Shown: positions 40,980 through 52,603 of the stretch, in pieces | Numbering within the stretch: position 1 is the first letter of the stretch | Layout of the letters: each line of letters opens with the position of its first letter | Assembly (NCBI GenBank): GCA_019750915.1 | Contig: JAIENY010000027.1 | Span: 584 to 64,583 of the forward strand | Length of the DNA stretch: 64,000 bases | Direction: 5' to 3' | Origin: Xanthobacteraceae bacterium | GTDB taxonomy: Bacteria; Pseudomonadota; Alphaproteobacteria; Rhizobiales; Xanthobacteraceae | The notes under the pieces: generated by a model | Database searches by the model: none | Told to the model about the DNA's origin: nothing | What the model saw: the letters and a program-made list of their open reading frames with translations, nothing else | Made by a program: the position numbers and the translations under genes

Positions 40980-41688
40980 ATGATATATTTAATGCAGAAC
41001 ACGAATGTTCCAGATTGCGGCCGCGTCGGATGGTGGCTCTCCAAAAATGCACAGCAGATAAAGCGATGCCTTGACGAGCCGGAAACAGCAAGACCGTCAA
41101 CTGGTTGGCGGAACCGGGGCCAATGAGAGCAAGGGAGACTCCCGGTGATTATCTGGCGTAACGGAGAAGCCGCCGTCATTGCCCGATATCTGCAATGCCA
41201 TGCAAATCAGCGCTGCTGTTTGTAAGAACTATTTGCGGAGGTCATCGCGGCGGTCCCGTGTTTTCGTCGCAGCGGGAGAGCGATTGCGCGCAAACACGAG
41301 GGCGATGTGCCGTCAAGTGTGCCGCTCGATCCGAAATCCAAACGCGAATTTGTTTGCAGTCGCGCAGTTGGTTTTCATCAGCTTGTCGAAACGCGCACTT
41401 GCTAACGAGACGATCTCTGCTTTGCGGATACGATCGGCGGATAAATTTTTCGATGACGCCGGATCAAACATTTCGGAATGCAAAGCGCACGTTCGTCCTC
41501 CACAGCATGGAATGACGGTGCGCAACATTACAATATGTTCATCTGCAATCGGACATCGGCGATGACAGCGGTGCCTTGTTACAGCGCGTGTCGATTGATC
41601 AATCCAAAACGATTGTGCTGCTTGTCAATGGATTGACGCAGAAATCATATTCCCCGATGGTGTCGCCGCGTCATGGGCGAACCTTTCT

Positions 41689-41703
41689 TGGCGTGAACTT
41701 TGC
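41689..41703 (+). promoter_or_regulatory. Possible sigma54 promoter of the mdcB/citG-like gene
   Basis: TGGCGT-GAACT-TTGC. Confidence 0.55.
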
Positions 41704-41796
41704 AATTCACTCTAGATCGTGTTGGTCAGGATATTGGACGAACTCTTAGATTCGTCCTCGCCCCGAATTGTTGAGCAAACTTCAGGCGAGTGCTGC

Positions 41797-42657
41797 ATGA
41801 ATATTACCTGTCGTGTCCAAATCGATGCAGAAGCCAGGCAGATTGACGATTTTGCACTGTCTGCGCTCACCGCAGAGCTGGTGTGCTACCCGAAGCCCGG
41901 TTTGGTGAGTTTGCGTGACAGCGGCAGCCACGCGGACATGGATGCTGCAACATTCATTGCGAGTATCGCCAGTCTTCGCGGATATTTCGAAGAGATGGCG
42001 AACGCCGGTGCGCGCGCCTGCGATTTCGACAGGCTCAACCGCATCGGGCGTGCAGCTGAAGACAAAATGCTGGCGGCGACATCGGGCGTGAATACCCATC
42101 GTGGCGCTGTATTCTCGCTCGGTCTTCTTGCGGCGAGCGCAGGTTACAGCGTAGCTCACGATGAGCCGTTCAGAGCGGATGCAATCTGCCTGCAAGTCGA
42201 TCGTCTTTGGGGCGCGGACATGCTCGCGACACGCTATCAGTGTGATGGGACCAAGGGCGCCATGGCACGCGATCGTTATGGTGTGTCCGGTGCACGTGAA
42301 CAGGCCGCGAATGGATTTCCTGTGTTGCTCAATCACTCGCTGCCTGCCATGCAGGATGCATTCACTGCCGGTCTTGATCCAAACTGGGCAGGCGTCCATG
42401 CCTTTCTCAGCAGCGTCGCCGTGCTCGATGACACCAACCTCCTGCACCGCGGTGGCCGCGAGGCTCTGAATTTCGCCAGACAGCGCGCCGGATCGGTACT
42501 TGCGGCCGGTGGCGCTGTGACCCAGGAGGGACGGTGTCAGGCACGCGAACTTCATAGCGAATTCGTCGCCGCATGGCTGTCGCCAGGTGGCTCCGCGGAC
42601 ATGCTTGCGCTGTGCTATTTCCTGCACGACTGTGAACGGGCTTTCGCAGTCTCGTGA
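41797..42657 (+). CDS. mdcB: Triphosphoribosyl-dephospho-CoA synthase (MdcB/CitG)
   Basis: PKPGLV..DSGSHADMD, GVNTHRGAVFSLGLL, DDTNLLHRGG, LSPGGSADML. Confidence 0.88.
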   Translation: MNITCRVQIDAEARQIDDFALSALTAELVCYPKPGLVSLRDSGSHADMDAATFIASIASLRGYFEEMANAGARACDFDRLNRIGRAAEDKMLAATSGVNTHRGAVFSLGLLAASAGYSVAHDEPFRADAICLQVDRLWGADMLATRYQCDGTKGAMARDRYGVSGAREQAANGFPVLLNHSLPAMQDAFTAGLDPNWAGVHAFLSSVAVLDDTNLLHRGGREALNFARQRAGSVLAAGGAVTQEGRCQARELHSEFVAAWLSPGGSADMLALCYFLHDCERAFAVS

Positions 42658-42916
42658 TATCAAGCCGATTTGAATGCGATCCTTGCCGCGCTGATCGGTG
42701 ATTAAAAAAACAGGACGGTGGCCTGACAAGGTCGTCGTGGTGAAGCGTCAACAGTGCTGACAAAATGACGACGCAGCGGCGCGTCCGGCTGGGTCGGTCA
42801 GATTTGTCGCGCCTTTGATTCAAGCGCTTGCAGTCAGCCCCTCTCCCGCTTGCGGGGGTGCCGTATCTGGGGCAGGATATCCACAGGGCGTGCGTATTTC
42901 GCTGTTGGGGGTCGAG

Positions 42917-44341
42917 TTGGCGTTCAGTGCTGACCTTCGGTCGCTCGTCGAGCGATCACCTTCTCTTCTGGGCCTGGCGCTTGACCAGCAGCCCGCGCTG
43001 CAACTCATCTATAATACGGCTCCGATCGGTCTGGCGTTCCTGTCGCCGGATTGCCGCTATCTGCAGATCAACCAGCGGCTGACCGAGATTTGCGGCATCT
43101 CCATTGAGGGACATCTCGGCCGGACGGTGCGTGATTGCGTTCCGGCGCTGGCCGATTCCGTGGAGGCGATAGTCTCCTCGATCATGGCGACGGGGCAGCC
43201 TGTTGTCGGGATCGAGGTCAAAGGACAGCGAACGGATCAACTTGAGGAGCGGTCCTGGCTGACCTATTGGCATCCGTTGCACGGACCGAACGGAAATATT
43301 CTCGGCATTAATGTCGCGGCGGAAGAGGTCACTGAGCGCAAACGTGTCGAGGCGGCGCTGCAGGCGAGTGAAAAGCAGTTTCACACGCTGGCGGATTCCA
43401 TTCCGCAACTGGTCTGGATGGCGGAAGCCGATGGCAAGATCTTCTGGTTTAACGGACATTGGTATGACTACACGGGGAAGCGGCCTGGTGATGTCGAGTC
43501 TCATGACTGGCAGGCTCTTCTCGCACCGTCGTCGCTGCACGAAGGAAAGTATCGCTGGGCGCAAAGTCTCCGTGCGGGGTCCGCGCTGGAGATGGAAATT
43601 CTGCTCCGAGGCAAGGACGGCGAGTATCGCCCATTTCTGACCCGCGTCGTTCCGTTGCGTGACGCCAGCGGCAAGATTTATCGATGGATCGGGACGCATA
43701 TCGATATCAGCGAACAGCGGCGGCGTGAGGAACACATTCGGTTCGTGATCGAGGAATTGTCTCACCGAACAAAAAATCTGCTGTCGGTCGTGATGGCGGT
43801 CGCGAACCAGACGGCGCAGACGGCTTGTGACGTCAAACAATATCAGGCGCGCTTTTCCGACAGACTTCGCGCGCTGGCCCATTGTCACGATCTTCTGGTG
43901 CGGGACAGCTGGCATGGTGCTTCATTCGAGGATCTTCTCACCGGTCAGCTCAAGCCCTTCCGTGAAGGTAACGCCGACCGGGTGACGATTTCGGGACCGC
44001 CTGTCGTGCTTTCGCCCGATGCTGTGCAAAATCTTGGATTGGCCATTCACGAACTGGCGACGAATGCTTCGAAGTACGGTGCGCTCTCGGTGCCCGATGG
44101 AAAAGTTCTGGTGACATGGAAGCAGGGCGAGGGTGACGAAAAGCTCAGCCTGAGATGGGAAGAGAGCGGGGGACCGCCGGTGGTCCCCTCGTCACGAAAA
44201 GGGTTCGGTCATATCGTTATCAGCGAGATCGTTCCCCGCGCACTGGGCGGCAAAGGCGTGATTAATTGTGCCCCGACCGGGTTGTGCTGGACGTTCGAGT
44301 TTTCCAATCGCGCGTATGAAGGAAAGGTCATTCCTGCATAA
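42917..44341 (+). CDS. Cytoplasmic PAS-PAS HWE-family histidine kinase
   Basis: ELSHRTKNLL, HELATNASKYGALS, WEESGGP; start uncertain (TTG 42917). Confidence 0.9.
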   Translation: MAFSADLRSLVERSPSLLGLALDQQPALQLIYNTAPIGLAFLSPDCRYLQINQRLTEICGISIEGHLGRTVRDCVPALADSVEAIVSSIMATGQPVVGIEVKGQRTDQLEERSWLTYWHPLHGPNGNILGINVAAEEVTERKRVEAALQASEKQFHTLADSIPQLVWMAEADGKIFWFNGHWYDYTGKRPGDVESHDWQALLAPSSLHEGKYRWAQSLRAGSALEMEILLRGKDGEYRPFLTRVVPLRDASGKIYRWIGTHIDISEQRRREEHIRFVIEELSHRTKNLLSVVMAVANQTAQTACDVKQYQARFSDRLRALAHCHDLLVRDSWHGASFEDLLTGQLKPFREGNADRVTISGPPVVLSPDAVQNLGLAIHELATNASKYGALSVPDGKVLVTWKQGEGDEKLSLRWEESGGPPVVPSSRKGFGHIVISEIVPRALGGKGVINCAPTGLCWTFEFSNRAYEGKVIPA

Positions 44342-44393
44342 CGCGGTCAAGACAGCCCTTGAAGCGCTCGGCGCCGGATCGCCCGTGATCGCG

Positions 44394-44504
44394 CTACCAG
44401 TGCCCGCCCAGTTGCATCCCCGCGATATAGCACACGGCGAACAACAGAGCCGCAGCGACGCCGACCAGCATGCGTTCCGATGATGTGAGTTCTGCCCCAA
44501 ACAT
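44394..44504 (-). CDS. Candidate 36-aa single-TM small protein
   Basis: MFGAELTSSERMLVGVAAALLFAVCYIAGMQLGGHW*; TTGCAA-N17-TATAGC ends 8 nt before the ATG. Confidence 0.5.
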   Translation of the reverse strand: MFGAELTSSERMLVGVAAALLFAVCYIAGMQLGGHW

Positions 44505-44679
44505 GGAGCAGGGCTATAGCGGTGGATTCGCTGCGTTGCAACTTACGGGAAGAGAAAATGCCATTTATCAGCTGCAAGCTGTCATCCGGGCGGCGAGCAC
44601 GTTAAGGTAGGCTGTTCCCGAAACGAAACCTGCGGGAACCGCGTTAGTGCCGCAAGCTGATACTGCAAGGAGAATTTTC

Positions 44680-45306
44680 ATGCGCAAGTTTTTGACGGTT
44701 GTCGCTGCCTTGATGACGCTCAGTCTGACTAACTGCGGATACTACAACGCGATCCAGCAAAACGATGAGCAGGTGAAATCAGCCTGGTCGGAGGTTGTGA
44801 ACCAGTATCAGCGCCGGGCTGATCTCGTGCCAAACCTAGTCAACTCCGTGAAGGGTTTCGCGCAGCAGGAAAAAGACGTGCTGCTCGGCGTCACCAATGC
44901 GCGCGCCAAGGTCGGCAGCGTGCAGGCCGGAGCCGATGTGGTCAACGACCCGGCCGCGCTGCAGAAGTTCCAGCAGGCACAAGGCGAACTCTCCAGCGCG
45001 CTGTCACGCCTTCTCGTGGTGACCGAAAATTATCCGCAGTTGAAGTCGGATCAGTTGTTTCGCGATCTGATGGCTCAGCTCGAGGGAACCGAGAACCGTA
45101 TCACGGTGGCGCGCAATCGCTATATCAAGTCGGTGCAGGATTATAACGTCAACGTGAGAACCTTCCCCAACAACATCGTCGCAATGATTTTCGGTTACAA
45201 GGCGAAAGCGAATTTCGCGGTCGATAACGAACGTGAAATCTCGGTCGCGCCAAAAGTTGATTTCAATGCGCCGCCGCCGGCGCCTGCTCCCGCACCGGCG
45301 AAATAG
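44680..45306 (+). CDS. lemA: LemA-family protein
   Basis: QYQRRADLVPNLV, ENYPQLKS, LEGTENRITVARNRY, RTFPNN. Confidence 0.93.
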   Translation: MRKFLTVVAALMTLSLTNCGYYNAIQQNDEQVKSAWSEVVNQYQRRADLVPNLVNSVKGFAQQEKDVLLGVTNARAKVGSVQAGADVVNDPAALQKFQQAQGELSSALSRLLVVTENYPQLKSDQLFRDLMAQLEGTENRITVARNRYIKSVQDYNVNVRTFPNNIVAMIFGYKAKANFAVDNEREISVAPKVDFNAPPPAPAPAPAK

Positions 45307-45329
45307 ACAGCTAAAGCAAGGGCGTGGTG

Positions 45330-46214
45330 ATGAAGCTTGCGAGATACATGGTTCTCGCAGTCTTGCTCTGCTGGGCGTCGCTGGCGGTGGCGGATATTGC
45401 CGTGCCGCCGTTGACGGCGCGCGTTATCGACCAGACTGGTACGCTGACGCCGGATCAGACCGCCAATCTGGAGCAGAAGCTGAAGGACTTCGAGGCCCGT
45501 AAGGGCAGCCAGATCGCGGTACTGATTGTTCCGACCACACAGCCCGAGGACATCGCGCAGTATTCGATCCGGGTGGTTGATCAGTGGAAGCTTGGGCGCA
45601 AGGGGATCGACGACGGCGCGCTGCTGATCGTGGCCAAGAATGATCACCGGCTGCGGATCGAAGTCGGCTACGGCCTTGAGGGAGCGCTGAACGACGCAAC
45701 CTCCAACCGCATTATCAGCGAGATCATTACGCCGAAATTCAAGGAAGGTGATTTCGCAGGCGGTATCGGTGACGGTGTCGATCGCATGATCGGCGTTATC
45801 GACGGGGAGCCGCTGCCCGCGCCGAAGCCGCCGCATCAGCGGTTGTCGTCTGACAAGATTGATGAACTTGGGCAGCTTTTTCCGGTCATTCTTATTCTGA
45901 CGATCGTGCTCGGCGGAATCCTGCGCTCGACGCTGGGCCGGTTGCCCGGCTCGATTGTCACCGGTGGCGGCGTTGCTGTTGCGGCGTGGCTATTTATTGG
46001 CGTGTGGACGATCGCCGGTCTTGCCGGCGTCATGGCATTCGCTTTCACGTTATTCGGCGATCTTATTTTTTCCGGAGGCAACTTCCCGGGTGGCGGCTAC
46101 GGCGGCGGTTACCGCCGCGGCGGTTCGGACTGGAGCGGCGGAGGCGGCGGGGGCGGCGGCTTTAGCGGCGGCGGCGGCGGTTTCGGCGGCGGCGGCGCAT
46201 CGGGCAACTGGTAG
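45330..46214 (+). CDS. TPM-domain (YgcG-like) membrane protein with Gly-rich tail
   Basis: RIEVGYGLEG, GGGGGFGGGGASGNW. Confidence 0.92.
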   Translation: MKLARYMVLAVLLCWASLAVADIAVPPLTARVIDQTGTLTPDQTANLEQKLKDFEARKGSQIAVLIVPTTQPEDIAQYSIRVVDQWKLGRKGIDDGALLIVAKNDHRLRIEVGYGLEGALNDATSNRIISEIITPKFKEGDFAGGIGDGVDRMIGVIDGEPLPAPKPPHQRLSSDKIDELGQLFPVILILTIVLGGILRSTLGRLPGSIVTGGGVAVAAWLFIGVWTIAGLAGVMAFAFTLFGDLIFSGGNFPGGGYGGGYRRGGSDWSGGGGGGGGFSGGGGGFGGGGASGNW

Positions 46215-46225
46215 CGAGGCGGACC

Positions 46226-46729
46226 ATGGCAACAGGCATCACACGGCTTGGCAAGCATCTCATCCTGAATCGCTGGCGTGTCCGTCAGGCATTTTCGGCG
46301 GCAGCGCTCGGGCGCATCGAAAGTGCGATCAAGGCCAGCGAAGCCCAACACGCAGGCCAGATTCGCTTTGTGGTCGAAGGCGCGCTGGACAGCCGTCCGT
46401 TGCTCGCCGGACAGTCCGGCCGCGAGCGCGCTATCGATCTGTTCTCGGTGCTTCGTATCTGGGACACCGAGCACAATTCTGGCGTGCTGATCTATTTGTT
46501 GCTTGCCGATCGAGATGTTGAGATTGTCGCCGATCGGGGCATCGACGGGAAAGTTGGCGCGACACGATGGCGGTCAATCTGCGAGGCGATGGAGGAGGAG
46601 TTCCGTCAGGGTCATTTCGAGCAGGGTGTGATGTGCGGCATCGACCGGATCACTGCCTGTCTTGCGGAACATTTCCCGTCTCTGGGCAGCCATCGCAACG
46701 AGTTGCCCGATACCCCGGTGGTTCTTTGA
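46226..46729 (+). CDS. TPM-domain protein
   Basis: WDTEHNSGVLIYLLLADRDVEIVADRGI, NELPD; third gene of the lemA module. Confidence 0.9.
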   Translation: MATGITRLGKHLILNRWRVRQAFSAAALGRIESAIKASEAQHAGQIRFVVEGALDSRPLLAGQSGRERAIDLFSVLRIWDTEHNSGVLIYLLLADRDVEIVADRGIDGKVGATRWRSICEAMEEEFRQGHFEQGVMCGIDRITACLAEHFPSLGSHRNELPDTPVVL

Positions 46730-46844
46730 TGCACCACCCGCGGGAATTTGAGGTTCATTTCCAGTGTGTGCAATCGGCGCGCTCTTGGCGGCGCTAAAAG
46801 CCTCAATTAAAGTTCCGCCGCGACGAGTGAGCAAGCGATCGGAT

Positions 46845-47465
46845 ATGCGGCGAATTCAGCTTCTTCTTTCATGTCTGGTGCTGGCCGTATCCGGCACGGT
46901 ACCGGCGATGGCGATTGAACTTACGCCTCCGCAGGCGGACCTCTACATGTCGGTATCGATCAATCCGCCGTCGGCGACGGAGATGACGATCTGCTACGGC
47001 TTTGTCTGCCGCCGTCGTGCTATCCTGGAGTTCTCGTCCGCCGACCATGCCGCGCTGACACAGATTTTGGCGTCCGGCAAAGCCAATGCCGCATCGGAAC
47101 GGGCGGCATTGCAAAGGGCCGTGATGTGGTGGGACCGGCGTGTCGGTCCGATGATCGGAACCAACATTCGCGTTGCAAAGGCGGACATCCGCGCCGGATC
47201 CGATGCAACCAATTTCGATTGTTTCGACACCACGCGTGATACGACGAGTCTGCTTTTGGTCTTGCAGGAGTGGGGACTCCTGAAACACCACACGGTTGGA
47301 AATCCGCGTTATCGCGGCAATCCCTTTGCCTTGCAGACCCCGCACAACACCGCTGTCGTGATCGACAGTACCACCCATGTCGAGTGGGTCGTGGATCTGT
47401 GGCCGAAGAAGTATGCGGAAGCGCCGGATGTGATGCCGGTCGAGAAGTGGCTGACAGAGGATTGA
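46845..47465 (+). CDS. Exported hypothetical protein, possible transglutaminase-like Cys protease fold
   Basis: Signal peptide; FDCFD, PHNTAV, WVVDLW. Confidence 0.75.
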   Translation: MRRIQLLLSCLVLAVSGTVPAMAIELTPPQADLYMSVSINPPSATEMTICYGFVCRRRAILEFSSADHAALTQILASGKANAASERAALQRAVMWWDRRVGPMIGTNIRVAKADIRAGSDATNFDCFDTTRDTTSLLLVLQEWGLLKHHTVGNPRYRGNPFALQTPHNTAVVIDSTTHVEWVVDLWPKKYAEAPDVMPVEKWLTED

Positions 47466-47571
47466 TTGCGGATTTCACAGGCTGAAACGGCCGCAATCGT
47501 GATATCGGGCCGGATGGTTAACCATCCGTTAGCAAATTGCGTCTCATTCTCGTGATCAAGGAGATGCAGCC

Positions 47572-47961
47572 ATGCCATCAAGCCGCGTTGCGATTAACGA
47601 AGATGCTTGTCCCGTCGGGGACGATCTGCTCGGCACTCTCTATCGAACCCACGAACATGGGCTTGCCGCGCTCGTTGAAACAGTGTCGCCGGATGTCAGG
47701 GCCATGCTCGCCCTGTTCTGCTACCGGCGCTCCCATCTGCATTCGCTCAGCCTTGCGATCGCCGCGACATGCGACAAGCGGGACCTGATGGAGCAGGGCG
47801 GCATTGCCGGCGAGACGCTGTTTGCGGCCTCGCGCGAGGCGCCTGCCGGGCCTGTGGCCGGGCAAAGCGGCCGCCGTGGCATCACGCTATCGACCGCGCC
47901 GCTATCCACTGTTCCGCCGATGATGGACGTCGACGACGAAACCGAACAACTCAGCGCCTAG
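47572..47961 (+). CDS. Conserved-looking hypothetical protein
   Basis: AAGGAG SD; RAMLALFCYRRSHL motif. Confidence 0.75.
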   Translation: MPSSRVAINEDACPVGDDLLGTLYRTHEHGLAALVETVSPDVRAMLALFCYRRSHLHSLSLAIAATCDKRDLMEQGGIAGETLFAASREAPAGPVAGQSGRRGITLSTAPLSTVPPMMDVDDETEQLSA

Positions 47962-47973
47962 GCGCTGAGCCCG

Positions 47974-49254
47974 TCAGTCGACGAGAATGACGCGGACATC
48001 GTTGACGTTGGTCAGCGTCGGACCCGTGATCAGCAGATCGCCGGTCTTCTCGAAGAATGTCGTCGCATCGTTGTTATCGAGATAAGCCGTTGCATCGAGC
48101 TTCAGCTCGCGTATCTTGGCGAAGGTCTTTTCATCAACCATTGCACCGGCCGGATCGTCCGGCTTGCCTGCGCCGCCGTCGGCGCCGTCGGTATCCGCCG
48201 CAAGAATAGCTACGTTCGGCATGTCGGCCAGCGATGCCGCAAGCGCCAGAACATATTCCTGGTTGGGGCCGCCGCGGCCATTGCCGCGCACGATCACCGT
48301 CAGTTCGCCGCCTGACATCAGGGCGATGCGTTTGCCCGCTGCGCGCGCATCGCGCGCGATCTTGGCATGGGCTTCGGCCACAGCGCGGGCTTCGCCTTCC
48401 AGATCTGCGCCGAGATCGATGACCTCATAGCCTGCTTCCGCGGCGACACGCACAGCGGCCTCCAGCGAGTCGCGTGGTTTGGCCACGATCGCGAACTTGG
48501 CGTGTTCGAACGCCTTGTCGTCCGGCTTCACGCTTTCGTTGCGCGGATCGTCCAGAGCGGCCTTGACGCTATCCTCGGCCGGAATCTTGTAGCGGGCGAC
48601 GATGTCTCGTGCCTCTTGCAGGGTGGATGGATCCGGCACCGTGGGGCCCGAGGCGATCACAGCGGGATCGTCATGCGGTACGTCGGAAATCGCCAGCGTC
48701 ACGAGCTGGGCCGGATAGGCCGCGCGGGCGAGACGGCCGCCCTTGATGCGCGACAGATGCTTTCGCACCGTATTCATGTCCGAAATCGGGGCACCGGAAC
48801 GCAGCAGGCTTTTGTTGATTTGCTGTTTCTGAGCGAAGCTCACGCCTTCGACCGGGGCGATCCAGTTGGCGGATCCGCCGCCCGAGATCAGCGCCAGGAC
48901 GAGATCGTCCGGTCCCGCCTCGGCCGCCAATGCGAGGGTTTTCTCCGCGCCGCGCAGGCTTTGCTCATCGGGGACCGGATGCCCCGCCTCGATGACTTCA
49001 ACGCGCCGCGTTGACACGCGGTGACCGTGACGGGTGGTCGCAACGCCGGAAATCCGGGCTTCGGGCAGGCCAGCCTCGTCGAGATAATAGCGCTCGGCTG
49101 CGGCGGCCATGGCCGCGGCGGACTTACCTGCGGCAAGGATGATCACCCGGCCTTTGGGCGGCGGCGGCAGGTGACGGTGCAGCATCTTGTCGGGGTGCGC
49201 TGCGCCGACCGCGGCATCGAAAATCGCGCGGAGCAAGGGACGTTTGTCAGTCAT
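47974..49254 (-). CDS. Glycerate kinase, MOFRL/TtuD type
   Basis: AGHPVPD, ISGGGSA, RKHLSRIKGG, ISDVP.DD..IASGPT, GGELTV, GPTLTNVND. Confidence 0.92.
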   Translation of the reverse strand: MTDKRPLLRAIFDAAVGAAHPDKMLHRHLPPPPKGRVIILAAGKSAAAMAAAAERYYLDEAGLPEARISGVATTRHGHRVSTRRVEVIEAGHPVPDEQSLRGAEKTLALAAEAGPDDLVLALISGGGSANWIAPVEGVSFAQKQQINKSLLRSGAPISDMNTVRKHLSRIKGGRLARAAYPAQLVTLAISDVPHDDPAVIASGPTVPDPSTLQEARDIVARYKIPAEDSVKAALDDPRNESVKPDDKAFEHAKFAIVAKPRDSLEAAVRVAAEAGYEVIDLGADLEGEARAVAEAHAKIARDARAAGKRIALMSGGELTVIVRGNGRGGPNQEYVLALAASLADMPNVAILAADTDGADGGAGKPDDPAGAMVDEKTFAKIRELKLDATAYLDNNDATTFFEKTGDLLITGPTLTNVNDVRVILVD

Positions 49255-49491
49255 CAGGCACCTCATGCACGAATGGCGCGACTTCGCAAAAAAAGCGGAC
49301 GCGGGAGCTTTGGTCTAACCTCCGGGCGGAGGCGGAAAGGCTCCGTGATCTACGGAAAACAAAAGCAAATTACAACCTTTGGCTTAAGCCGGAGGGTTGA
49401 TAAACGAGCAGTCCCATTGGCCATCGTGTCACGAACGTGCACAGTTCTCCTGCTTTATCGGATCGCCACGCAAGCCTTGAGGATCAAACGC

Positions 49492-50679
49492 ATGACTGAC
49501 GCCGTGATCGTGTCCACAGCCCGTACTCCGATCGGCAAGGCCTATCGGGGGGCGCTCAACGCCACCGAAGGCGCGACATTGCTTGGTCATGCAATCCGTG
49601 TGGCGGTTGGACGTGCCGGAATTGAGCCGGGGGAGGTCGAGGATGTGGCGATGGGTGCTGCGCTGCAGCAAGGCACGACGGGCGGCAACATCGCGCGCAA
49701 GGCCCTGCTGTGTGCCGGGCTGCCGGCGTCGGTGGCCGGCGCCACGGTGGACCGGCAGTGCGCTTCGGGTTTGCAGGCGATTGCGCTGGCGGCGCGGTCG
49801 ATCCTGCTCGATGGTATGGAGGTTGCGGTCGGTGGCGGCGGTGAATCCGTCAGCCTCGTGCAGAACGACAAGATGAACATGTTTCACGCGGTTGATCCCG
49901 CGCTCGAGGCGATCAAGCCGGAGATTTACATGTCTATGCTCGACACCGCGGAGGTGGTGGCGAAGCGTTACGGAATCTCGCGCGAGCGGCAGGATGAATA
50001 CGCGCTGGAAAGCCAGCGGCGGACCGCTGCCGCGCAGCAAGGCGGCCGATTCGAAGACGAGATCGCTCCGATCACAACGAGTATGGGCGTCCTCGACAAG
50101 GCGAGCGGCGCCATCTCGTTCAAGGAGGTGACGTTGTCACAGGATGAAGGTCCGCGTCCCGACACGAGCGCAGAGGGGCTGGCGGCGTTGAGAACGGTCA
50201 AGGGCGAAGGCTTTACCATCACCGCAGGCAACGCCAGCCAACTGTCCGACGGCACAAGCGCGATGGTGCTGATGAGCGACAAGCGCGCCGCGCAAGGCAA
50301 TCTGAAGCCGCTCGGAATTTTCCGTGGCATGGTATCGGCCGGATGCGAACCGGACGAGATGGGCATCGGCCCGGTGTTTGCGGTGCCGCGCCTGCTCAAG
50401 CGTCACGGTCTGTCGATCGACGACATCGGTTTGTGGGAATTGAACGAGGCGTTCGCGGTGCAGGTGGTGTATTGCCGCGACAGGCTCGGCATCGATCCGG
50501 ACAAACTCAATGTCAATGGTGGTGCGATCTCGGTCGGCCACCCTTACGGCATGTCCGGCGCACGGCTTGCCGGTCACGCGCTGATCGAGGGGCGCCGCCG
50601 CAATGTGAAATACGCGGTGGTGACGATGTGCGTGGGCGGCGGTATGGGGTCCGCCGGACTGTTTGAGATTATCCCATAA
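49492..50679 (+). CDS. Acetyl-CoA C-acyltransferase (thiolase, PimB-like)
   Basis: RQCASG, NEAFA, GHPYGMSG, MCVGGGMG. Confidence 0.94.
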   Translation: MTDAVIVSTARTPIGKAYRGALNATEGATLLGHAIRVAVGRAGIEPGEVEDVAMGAALQQGTTGGNIARKALLCAGLPASVAGATVDRQCASGLQAIALAARSILLDGMEVAVGGGGESVSLVQNDKMNMFHAVDPALEAIKPEIYMSMLDTAEVVAKRYGISRERQDEYALESQRRTAAAQQGGRFEDEIAPITTSMGVLDKASGAISFKEVTLSQDEGPRPDTSAEGLAALRTVKGEGFTITAGNASQLSDGTSAMVLMSDKRAAQGNLKPLGIFRGMVSAGCEPDEMGIGPVFAVPRLLKRHGLSIDDIGLWELNEAFAVQVVYCRDRLGIDPDKLNVNGGAISVGHPYGMSGARLAGHALIEGRRRNVKYAVVTMCVGGGMGSAGLFEIIP

Positions 50680-50694
50680 GGCGCGGGACTTCCG

Positions 50695-52197
<1,503 letters not shown>

Positions 52198-52224
52198 TCA
52201 TCGGTGAACGGGCCAGCGTTTTCG

Positions 52225-52524
52225 TCAACGCCCGCTCGAATTGTAAGGAACGTTCAAATAACCGCGTCGATTTCCCGCACCGTAGGTGCTGTACGGGCCG
52301 TCGGCCGGACTGGGGGCCGCTGCTTCAGGCTGAAAGCCGTTGCGATGGCCGTACGTCGGCCCTGTATTCGTCTTTGAGCGCACGTGGTGGGAGCCATGAT
52401 GCCTGGCGCTATGCGATTTGGCATGTGTGGCGGCGGTTGACCTGACCGGATCCTTCGCGAGTGCCGGCGTTGCAGCGAGAGCGATCGCGGCTGCAGTCGC
52501 CGCGAGAAAAGCCATCGTATTCAC
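52225..52524 (-). CDS. Small exported low-complexity protein
   Basis: GAGG SD, GTG start, signal peptide ending ALA, His/Ser-rich disordered mature part. Confidence 0.7.
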   Translation of the reverse strand: MNTMAFLAATAAAIALAATPALAKDPVRSTAATHAKSHSARHHGSHHVRSKTNTGPTYGHRNGFQPEAAAPSPADGPYSTYGAGNRRGYLNVPYNSSGR

Positions 52525-52603
52525 AGAAACCTCTCTTCGAAAAAATAGGGTCTGGAGTTGGTTCAGGCCCAATTCCAGGATGCGAAATCACCGGCTACCT
52601 GAC

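Noticed and set aside
40990-41620. ORFs in the long MFS-mdcB intergenic region and possible FNR/FixK boxes
   Set aside because: The ORFs lack SD sequences and motifs; the TTGA half-sites do not show TTGAT-N4-ATCAA spacing.
46087-46200. GGC-rich tandem repeat
   Set aside because: Encodes the normal glycine-rich tail of YgcG/TPM proteins; not a CRISPR array or mobile repeat.
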